The notes beneath the pieces were generated by a model. That model was not told the origin of the DNA. It did not search any database and worked only from the letters and a program-made list of their open reading frames with translations. DNA of 64,000 bases, taken from Clostridia bacterium (GTDB lineage Bacteria; Bacillota; DSM-521; Neomoorellales; SLTJ01). The stretch is taken from the NCBI GenBank assembly GCA_024653205.1, contig JANLFO010000002.1, forward strand, positions 85,590 to 149,589, read 5' to 3'. Positions within the stretch are counted from its first letter, which is position 1; every line of letters begins with the position of its first letter. Positions 27,950-34,484 of the stretch are shown piece by piece. The position numbers were made by a program, and so were the translations under genes.

Positions 27950-29536
27950 CTAGGGGCGGCCGCCGGCGCTCAGCTCTCTGCGGACCTGTTCCAGCAGACG
28001 CCAGCCCTGCCGAAAGAGGTTTTCCGCCCAGGCCGGGTCGGGCCACAGGCGGGAGGAGGTGAGAAAGGAGCGGGCCAACCCGAGCGTCAGCCGGAGCTCG
28101 AAAGTCTCGTCCTGCTGTTCGGCGGCGAACTGCCGTACCAGGTCGGCAAAACACCGGTTAACCGCGGTCATTTCCTGCGCCTGCTCGGCCGCCACCGGCC
28201 TGCGGCGGTTGGATACCAGGAACACGGACACGTCCTGCACGTAGTCGCCCGGTCCGGAGCGGGCCACATCGATAAACTGGAACCCGGTTTCCGGCGAATA
28301 GAGCACGTTGTTGCTGTTGAAGTCCCCGTGAATCCATACGGCAAAGGGGACTGCCAGCTCCGGCTCCCGGAGGCGGACCTCCTCCAGGCAGACCGCCAGG
28401 GGGGGGAGGAGAAGCCCGTCGACGGCGAGCGGAGCGGCGGAAAGCTCTTCCAGGTGGGGATGGAGCCTGTACACCTCGCCGAGCCGTTCCTCTATCTGGC
28501 GGACGAAGCCCGGTACCACTTTCTCCGGACGGCGGGAGTTCCTCCAGATTTCGCAGAGCACGCGGTAGAGCTCCCGGGTTACCCGGAGTTTCTCCTCCAG
28601 GGCCACCTGTTCGTAGTAGTCTTGAAGCAGCCGGCCTCTTCCCAGTTCCCTTAGAAAAGCCTGCCTGTCCTTGCCTTCCAGGACGGCCAGTACCCGGGGA
28701 GTAAGGCCGGTACCGTACCGGGCCCACTGCCGGGCCTTTTCTACCTCCTGGGCCACCTTCCGGGGCGAACCGGACTTATAGAGCAGCCTGGTGCCTTCCG
28801 GCAGTTCGATGCCGCCCACGGTGGCGCCGCTGACCCCGTCCCAGAAACGGTGGAAGTCCGTGGGCACGGCGCCGGAAAGCAGTTTCTTCAATTCCGCATA
28901 ATTGGCGAACTTCATCCGCTGACCGAGAACCCAGTAAACCACCCATTCCGACATGTTGAGCGCGTAGTCGGTTATCTTTTCCAGGTTTTCCGCCACGAAG
29001 AGCAGGTCCAGGAATTGGGCGCCCCTTTGGGGGTGCTGCTGAATGCCCCCGGTGAGCTGGGGAATGAGCCACTCCAGGAAGTGGTCCGCCTCTTCCTCTC
29101 GAAGAAATACCTCCTCCGCCCGGCCCAGGTCCTTTTGGAGGAAGGCCTCGAGACCGGCATCCAGACAGTGTACCGCCGCCTCGGCCAGGGGATCCAGCTT
29201 GGGTTCTCTGGGGGGCTTGAAGGTGAGCTTGCGTGCCCGGGCCGCGATCTTGGAGGCGGCGTCACCCACGTGCTCCAGGTTAATGACCACCCGCATGGCC
29301 GCCCGCAGCCAGCGCCACTCCGAGGCCGGCCATTGGCCGAGACCCATGTGGTGGAATATCTTCTCTTCGCCGGCCATGTAGAAGTGATCCACCAGATCGT
29401 CCTTCTCCACGACCCGTTGCGCCAGTTCGGGATCCGCTCCGGAAACCGCACGCAGGGCGTCCTCAAGCTGGCCCTGAACCAGCCGGCCCAGGCGGTAGAT
29501 TTCCTCCGGGAGTTCTTTGGGTATCTTCCTGGCCAT
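27950..29536 (-). CDS. PhoU-domain / aminoglycoside-phosphotransferase-like kinase fusion protein
   Basis: 528 aa. The N-terminal ~215 aa has two PhoU-like helical repeats. The C-terminus has the kinase motifs WIHGDFNSNNVLY (HxDxxxxN) and FIDVARSGPGD. Confidence 0.75.
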   Translation of the reverse strand: MARKIPKELPEEIYRLGRLVQGQLEDALRAVSGADPELAQRVVEKDDLVDHFYMAGEEKIFHHMGLGQWPASEWRWLRAAMRVVINLEHVGDAASKIAARARKLTFKPPREPKLDPLAEAAVHCLDAGLEAFLQKDLGRAEEVFLREEEADHFLEWLIPQLTGGIQQHPQRGAQFLDLLFVAENLEKITDYALNMSEWVVYWVLGQRMKFANYAELKKLLSGAVPTDFHRFWDGVSGATVGGIELPEGTRLLYKSGSPRKVAQEVEKARQWARYGTGLTPRVLAVLEGKDRQAFLRELGRGRLLQDYYEQVALEEKLRVTRELYRVLCEIWRNSRRPEKVVPGFVRQIEERLGEVYRLHPHLEELSAAPLAVDGLLLPPLAVCLEEVRLREPELAVPFAVWIHGDFNSNNVLYSPETGFQFIDVARSGPGDYVQDVSVFLVSNRRRPVAAEQAQEMTAVNRCFADLVRQFAAEQQDETFELRLTLGLARSFLTSSRLWPDPAWAENLFRQGWRLLEQVRRELSAGGRP

Positions 29537-29653
29537 GGCTAACGTTCCTTATGCCGCAAGGTCGGTACCGGGGTTAACTTACTTGGGATAAGTATATCAT
29601 ATCTCCCCCTAACGCTTAACCCTTGAGCAGGTTATAATTCCCTAAGGAGGTGG

Positions 29654-29944
29654 GTGCCTTTGGCGGCGGAACGGCAGGTACATCTCTATCTGGAGGGTGA
29701 CGTGCAGGGTGTGGGCATGCGCGACTACGTCCGTCGCAGGGCTCGGGCCCTGGGGCTGGTGGGCTTCGTTCGCAACCTCAGCGACGGGCGCGTCGAGGTG
29801 GTGGCCGAAGGAAGGGAAGACACGCTGGCCGCCTTCACCGCGGAGCTGCGTCGTGCCCCGGTAGGCCGGGTGGACCGCGTGCAGGAGGAATACCTTGAGG
29901 CCTCAGGCCGGTTCGGCGACTTCAGGATTGCGGCCACCCTGTAG
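29654..29944 (+). CDS. acyP: Acylphosphatase
   Basis: About 95 aa with the signature VQGVGMRDYVRRRARALGLVGFVRNLSDGRVEVVAEG. Start is GTG 29654 or TTG 29660 (the latter has better SD spacing). Confidence 0.88.
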   Translation: MPLAAERQVHLYLEGDVQGVGMRDYVRRRARALGLVGFVRNLSDGRVEVVAEGREDTLAAFTAELRRAPVGRVDRVQEEYLEASGRFGDFRIAATL

Positions 29945-29968
29945 AGGTCGGCCGCGCAGTCACGGCGG

Positions 29969-30611
29969 CTAAGCCAGGAAGGCCGCCACTACGCCGACCA
30001 GGAAGATGCCGTCGAACACCCCCGCCCCGCCGATGCTCACGGCCTGGGCGCCCAGGCGCTGTATGGCGCCGTAGTTCAGCAGGTCGGCTCCGATGAGGGT
30101 ACCCAGGGCACCGCTGACGTAGGCAACCGCAGCCGGGGCTTTGGGGAGCCAGGAGCAGGCCGCAGGCGGCGGCCACGAAGGGTGGGATAAAGGCCGGCAT
30201 GGCGATTCCTACCCCGGGCATGGGGCGGGCCAGGAGCTTGGCCAGGAGGGCGGTGACGGCCGTAGCTACCAGCGCGGGCACCAGGGGCGCCTGGGTGGCC
30301 AACAGGTAGACGGACAGCGCGGCCGGGAGTATGGCCCCGCCCAGGTTGATGCAGATGGTCTGTTCCTGCACGGTGGGAGGGTAGTAGAAGACGTAGAGGG
30401 GCAGGGCGGCCCTTCGCTGCACCCATATCCGCCGTCTGGAAATGGGGATATTGATCACGCTCCCTATCAGACAGGCCAGAAAGAAGGCTATGGCGGCCTC
30501 CGGAGAGAGACCCAGCCGGGCGAAGGAGACGGCAGCCAGGTTGAAGAAGAGCATCACGAACAACAGGGGCAGCAATAGGAACAGAAGAAGCCACGGTCCT
30601 AGAAAGATCAT
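29969..30611 (-). pseudogene. DUF1614-like integral membrane protein gene interrupted by a +1-nt frameshift
   Basis: The N-terminal 155 codons are membrane-like. After about 30135-30146 the track ORF becomes R/P/G-rich. The adjacent frame reads [54 protein letters not shown] (stop at 29969-29971). The total length is 3n+1. Confidence 0.7.
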
Positions 30612-30835
30612 GGGAGGCGGCGGGTGCCTTCAACTCCTTTCTCCCGAAAGCGAACCGGCGGGGTCAACCACCGCTATTGTACCACTTTTCCCGTCCTGAA
30701 GGACCCCCCTCGGCGGAAGTTTCCCCGGACCGGCGAAAAACGGAGGGAAAGGTCCTGACAGAGGAAAAGGTGGTATCCGGCCCGCAGAAGGAGCACTTGA
30801 GGTCTACGCCTTCGAAGGAAAGCCTGCCCTCGACA

Positions 30836-31021
30836 TACTTTCCCGAGATGGAGCTAATAGCCGACAAGGTTCTGTTTGGGTCGGATTGGCCTACCGTGCC
30901 TTCTATCAAGGCCAATGTTGAGGCTATCCGCCGTCTGCCGCTAGACCCGGAGGCCAAGGAAAAAATACTGGGGGGCAATGCTGCCCGTCTCTTGGGCCTT
31001 ACGACCGACCTTCCTACGTAA
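30836..31021 (+). pseudogene. Amidohydrolase-family C-terminal remnant
   Basis: Only the last ~60 aa (YFPEMELIADKVLFGSDWP...EKILGGNAARLLGL) look amidohydrolase-like. There is no room upstream for the metal-binding N-terminal 200 aa. Confidence 0.55.
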
Positions 31022-31991
31022 CGAGGATAGGCGTGGTATAAAGATAGTCACTTCCTTCTCCGTATAGCCAATAGTAGTGTCGGGACGGGCTCGAATAGAT
31101 AGCCGTTACCCATAGGTACGGCCCGAAGGAAGGGTCGTCTACCCGCACCTCCTTTTCCCACAGCGGCGTCTCGATTGCATCGTCCCGTATAAGGGCAAGG
31201 CGGTAACTCCCCCTTGGTCCCGGTCTAAACCATATGTCGAAGGCCAGATTCGTGCCCCACCTTGGTCGCGGAATAATTGCGCCCGGCGGGTGACGGTTCA
31301 GCCTCAGCACGGCCAGGGAGCCGTTCTTGCTGACCGCGGTCCATCCGCGCGCGAGGGCCAGGTCTACCAGATGTTTTTGCTCCCTCCAATCCATCTCTCG
31401 CCAGCGGACCGGCACCGGCAAGAACGTGGCGTAGGTCGGGAAAGGCAGGGGGTTTCCGTGCCAGTCGCTGCCGGTACGCACGGATACCGTCGCTCCATCT
31501 TGCCACAGGCGGCGCCACAGATGGATACTCGCTCCTTCCAGAGAAAAGTCCCTCTGGAAGCCGGACATTATCTCCAGACCGAAGGAACCCGTCAGCGGGT
31601 TTTCCACCCAGTTCCAGGAGCGAGGGCCGTACGGGTGGGCGACGGAGAAAGAGGCCGTCCGCGCCTTGTCGACTATCCGCTGGGCCAATACCGGCCCGAC
31701 CAAGGCCTGATTTTCTAAGCTCCTAATATCCGGCAGCCCGTAGGCGAGGAGATGCCCACGATCATGCTTCACGGCCACCTCCAGCCCCGGGAAAAGCCGG
31801 GCACCGCGGCGGGGGAGATTTCGGCAAAGTCGTACGAGTTCTGCCCAGTGCCCACCGACCAGGTCGGCGTGAGGGGTGAGGTAGACGGCGTCATAGCCTG
31901 CCTCGCTGTAATGGCGCCAGAGTTGTTCGGGCGTAGACCGGCCATCGTCGTGAAAACTGCAGTGTACTTGAAGGTCCGCCCGTATCCACAT
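31014..31991 (-). CDS. PHP-domain (CehA/McbA-like) metal-dependent phosphoesterase
   Basis: 325 aa. The N-terminus ADLQVHCSFHDDGRSTPEQL...AVYLTPHA is typical of the PHP fold. Confidence 0.8.
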   Translation of the reverse strand: MWIRADLQVHCSFHDDGRSTPEQLWRHYSEAGYDAVYLTPHADLVGGHWAELVRLCRNLPRRGARLFPGLEVAVKHDRGHLLAYGLPDIRSLENQALVGPVLAQRIVDKARTASFSVAHPYGPRSWNWVENPLTGSFGLEIMSGFQRDFSLEGASIHLWRRLWQDGATVSVRTGSDWHGNPLPFPTYATFLPVPVRWREMDWREQKHLVDLALARGWTAVSKNGSLAVLRLNRHPPGAIIPRPRWGTNLAFDIWFRPGPRGSYRLALIRDDAIETPLWEKEVRVDDPSFGPYLWVTAIYSSPSRHYYWLYGEGSDYLYTTPILVT

Positions 31992-32154
31992 GCCCGCTCC
32001 TCCTCGGGAGACAGGATATGGTAGGACCGGACCGGGGGTGCGGCCGCACGGGCCAAATCTTGGGCAGACCGCAGCAGTGTGTCGGCCGCCTCCCAGCGGC
32101 TAACGGGAAGGGTGATCAGACGTGTTACATCCTAAACTGAGTTGCCGCGAGTAC

Positions 32155-32183
32155 TTGACGCAGAGGCGGTCTAATGCTATCAT
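32155..32183 (+). promoter_or_regulatory. Candidate tRNA-Leu promoter (TTGACG-17 nt-TATCAT)
   Basis: Hexamers at 32155-32160 and 32178-32183, 15 nt upstream of the mature tRNA 5' end. Confidence 0.5.
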
Positions 32184-32197
32184 TTTATCCGGAAGGT

Positions 32198-32285
32198 GCG
32201 GCTGTGGCGGAACTGGCAGACGCGCTAGATTCAGGGTCTAGTGGCCGTCAAGGCCGTGGGGGTTCAAATCCCTTCAGCCGCACCA
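32198..32285 (+). tRNA. tRNA-Leu (anticodon CAG), CCA encoded
   Basis: Hand-folded cloverleaf: acceptor GCGGCTG/CAGCCGC, anticodon stem CTAGA/TCTAG with loop TTCAGGG, long variable arm GGCC-GTCAA-GGCC, T-loop TTCAAAT. Confidence 0.92.
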
Positions 32286-32302
32286 AATTCTTTTGATGAG
32301 CA

Positions 32303-32330
32303 GGGGGGCGGTCAGCCCCCCTTCCTCTTT
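32303..32330 (+). terminator. Rho-independent terminator after tRNA-Leu
   Basis: GGGGGGC-GGTCA-GCCCCCC followed by TTCCTCTTT. Confidence 0.6.
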
Positions 32331-32454
32331 CCCGCAAGAAGGGCACACCGAAGGAAAGCAGGACCAGGTCGGAGCCTCCGTTGTTGGAGTGGTTGGGCCC
32401 ACCTGAGGCCTTTATGCCGCCGTAGGTCATACCGGTAGCGCCGCGTACACAGCC

Positions 32455-32622
32455 ATCACAAGGGCCTGGTACCTCGTCAGGCAAAAAGGTAGCCACAGGC
32501 AGTTCAAGCACCCTACCAAGCCTGGGAGGGTAACCATAGCAGGCAATTCGAACGACGACCTAGCGCCTGGGACGCTTAACAGCATCTTTAAGCAGGCCCA
32601 ACTCAAGAAGGAGGCGAAGTAA
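32455..32622 (+). pseudogene. hicA: hicA toxin remnant (no usable start codon, N-terminus missing)
   Basis: The frame reads ...WYLVRQKGSHRQFKHPTKPGRVTIAGNSNDDLAPGTLNSIFKQAQLKKEAK*, a typical HicA core. Upstream in frame there is a TGA at 32404-32406 and no ATG/GTG/TTG before the conserved core. Confidence 0.6.
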
Positions 32623-32623
32623 A

Positions 32624-32839
32624 GTGCAGTACCTTATTGTAATCGAAAAGGCGGAAGGCAATTACTCTGCCTACTCGCCGGACGTTCCCGGCTGCGTGGC
32701 TACAGGCAAGACGCCGGAAGAAGCCAGACGGAAGATGCAGGAGGCCCTGGAAATGCACATCAAGGGCCTTGTGGAGGACGGCCTGCCGATTCCCGAGCCG
32801 CAGGCCGCAGCGGAGTATGTTCAGGTAGCCTTGCCGTAG
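32624..32839 (+). CDS. hicB: HicB-family antitoxin (short, UPF0150-type)
   Basis: 71 aa. MQYLIVIEKAEGNYSAYSPDVPGCVATGKTPEEARRKMQEALEMHI is the HicB N-domain signature. The GTG start is 1 nt after the hicA stop, with GAAGGAGG upstream. Confidence 0.8.
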   Translation: MQYLIVIEKAEGNYSAYSPDVPGCVATGKTPEEARRKMQEALEMHIKGLVEDGLPIPEPQAAAEYVQVALP

Positions 32840-32862
32840 GGGGACGGGCCGGACCAAGAGCT

Positions 32863-32890
32863 GAAAAAGAAAGCCCTCGCGCAGGAGGGC
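32863..32890 (-). terminator. Rho-independent terminator of the tRNA-Pro/Thr unit
   Basis: On the minus strand, GCCCTC-CTGCGC-GAGGGC is followed by TTTCTTTTTC. Confidence 0.6.
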
Positions 32891-32952
32891 CAGAGTGAGG
32901 TTCGTCGTGACTTTGCGCAAGCAGGTATAAACTCGCAAACCCTCGTAATTTC

Positions 32953-33027
32953 TGGAGCCGGCGGAGGGGGTCGAACCCTCGACCTGCCGATTACAAGTCG
33001 GCTGCTCTGCCGCTGAGCTACGCCGGC
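32953..33027 (-). tRNA. tRNA-Thr (anticodon TGT), CCA encoded
   Basis: The reverse complement folds as GCCGGCG-TA-GCTC..GAGC-A-GCCGA-CTTGTAA-TCGGC-AGGTC-GAGGG-TTCGACC-CCCTC-CGCCGGC-T-CCA. Confidence 0.92.
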
Positions 33028-33028
33028 C

Positions 33029-33105
33029 TGGTCGGGGCGGGGGGACTTGAACCCCCGGCCTCTTGGTCCCAAACCAAGCGCGCTGCCAACCTGCGCCACG
33101 CCCCG
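33029..33105 (-). tRNA. tRNA-Pro (anticodon TGG), CCA encoded
   Basis: The reverse complement folds as CGGGGCG-TG-GCGC..GCGC-G-CTTGG-TTTGGGA-CCAAG-AGGCC-GGGGG-TTCAAGT-CCCCC-CGCCCCG-A-CCA. Confidence 0.92.
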
Positions 33106-33113
33106 TCGGCTTG

Positions 33114-33143
33114 ATTATAGCTCACAGGTCGGAGAAGGGTCAA
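33114..33143 (-). promoter_or_regulatory. Candidate promoter of the tRNA-Pro/Thr unit (TTGACC-18 nt-TATAAT)
   Basis: On the minus strand, TTGACC (33143-33138) and TATAAT (33119-33114) lie 8 nt upstream of the tRNA-Pro 5' end. Confidence 0.5.
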
Positions 33144-33650
33144 CTCCAACCCTCCTGCGGGTTTGTACCAAGCTCTATCGGCGGCCCGCATTCCGGTCAG
33201 GGTTGGGGGAAACGTAATGGGTCGGAAACCTCGGCACCCGTCCTACCGACGTATGTCCGCCGCGAGGGCGAAGGGCACCCGTAGATAATATGCGGCCCGC
33301 GGCGAGGTTCAGTTCTTTCTGATGAACGCCGTTAACCTGCACGGTGGTCGGGCCCTGGGATGGCAAATTTCGCACGGATAGATTACAATGATGGCATGGG
33401 CAGCTCTAGGTCAGCCAAGTGAACACAGTTTGCAGTCGGCAGACGGTCACCCGAGGAACCCGTTCAAAGGCAAGAACAACTTGTCGGCGCAGGTGGGCCG
33501 CCGGAGTTCACCGTCACGGGTTTCAAGAGAAACTAGAAGGATACTGCCATTTGGTGTAGAAGAACAATACCTTAAAAAACGCTGCTGCCGGTGACGGTGA
33601 GGTCAAAGGGCCAATGCGCCCCATTGGCAACCGAAACGGATGGTGAGAGG

Positions 33651-34427
33651 GTGAAACTGGCGATATCCGGAAAAGGGGGCGTAGGGAAGACCACTCTGGC
33701 CGCCGGTCTGGTTCGTTATTTTGCCGATCGAGGCTTCACGGTGTATGCCGTGGACGCCGATCCCGACGCCAGCCTGGGCCTGGCCCTGGGCCTGGACCCG
33801 GAAGCATTGGCAGGCATGCTTCCGATCGTGGAAATGCGCGAGGTGATCGCCTCGCTCACCGGCGGCGAAGGCGCCTTCTTCTCCCTTAACCCGGAAGTGG
33901 GAAGCCTGATAGAGCAGTACAGCGTGGCGGCGGACAACGTTCGTTTCCTCAAAATGGGAACAGTAAAGCAAGGCGGGACCTCCTGCTACTGCCGGGAGAA
34001 CAGCGTCCTGCACGCCCTGCTCAGCCACCTGCTTCTGCGGCGCGACGAGGTGGTAATCCTGGACTTTAGCGCCGGCATTGAGCCCCTCACCCGCGGAACT
34101 GCACGGGGGGTCAACCTCCTCCTGGTGGTCACCGAGCCCACGCGGGTAAGCCTGCATACCGCCAGGACCGTCACCGCCCTCGCCCGCGATCTGGAGATCC
34201 AGCACGTTGCCTACGTGGGGAACAAGGTGAGAAGCAACGAAGAGGAAGCTTTTCTCAGAGAGCACCTCCCTTCGGACGCCCTGCTGGGAGTCCTTCCGTT
34301 TGACGAAGGAGAATGGGCGCGCGGCCGCAGTCTATCCGAGGGCACCGTAGCCCCGTCCCTGCGCCCCGCCCTCGAAACCATAGGCAACCGGATCCTGGCG
34401 GCCTACGCGCCGCCTTTGAGCATCTAG
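33651..34427 (+). CDS. cooC: CODH/ACS nickel-insertion accessory ATPase (CooC/AcsF family)
   Basis: (V)KLAISGKGGVGKTTLAAGL is the P-loop N-terminus typical of CooC. GTG 33651 is preferred over the track start 33591, which adds 20 non-conserved residues and has no SD. Confidence 0.88.
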   Translation: MKLAISGKGGVGKTTLAAGLVRYFADRGFTVYAVDADPDASLGLALGLDPEALAGMLPIVEMREVIASLTGGEGAFFSLNPEVGSLIEQYSVAADNVRFLKMGTVKQGGTSCYCRENSVLHALLSHLLLRRDEVVILDFSAGIEPLTRGTARGVNLLLVVTEPTRVSLHTARTVTALARDLEIQHVAYVGNKVRSNEEEAFLREHLPSDALLGVLPFDEGEWARGRSLSEGTVAPSLRPALETIGNRILAAYAPPLSI

Positions 34428-34484
34428 GGACCGGCCTGGCAGGCCAGTCGGACCAGGGAATACTCTCACGGAGGGGGTTAGACA

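Noticed and set aside
29922-30140. C-terminal part of the 229-aa track ORF and the 30076-30633 ORF, considered as real coding sequence.
   Set aside because: Both are R/P/G-rich out-of-frame readings of the DUF1614-like gene. The adjacent frame gives a conserved-looking membrane C-terminus ending at 29969.
32248-32511. 87-aa minus-strand ORF, and the 32241-32438 plus-strand ORF.
   Set aside because: Both overlap the tRNA-Leu gene and its terminator. Neither has an SD or coding character.
33400-33530. Rex- or CooA/CRP-type operator half-sites (GTGAAC ... GTTCAC) upstream of the acs operon.
   Set aside because: The half-sites are ~80 nt apart and do not form the required TTGTGAA-N6-TTCACAA or TGTCA-N6-TGACA palindromes.
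33063-33594. Three 66-73-aa ORFs in the acs upstream region.
   Set aside because: The first starts inside tRNA-Pro. None has an SD or recognisable family features. The region is treated as non-coding leader (see finding).
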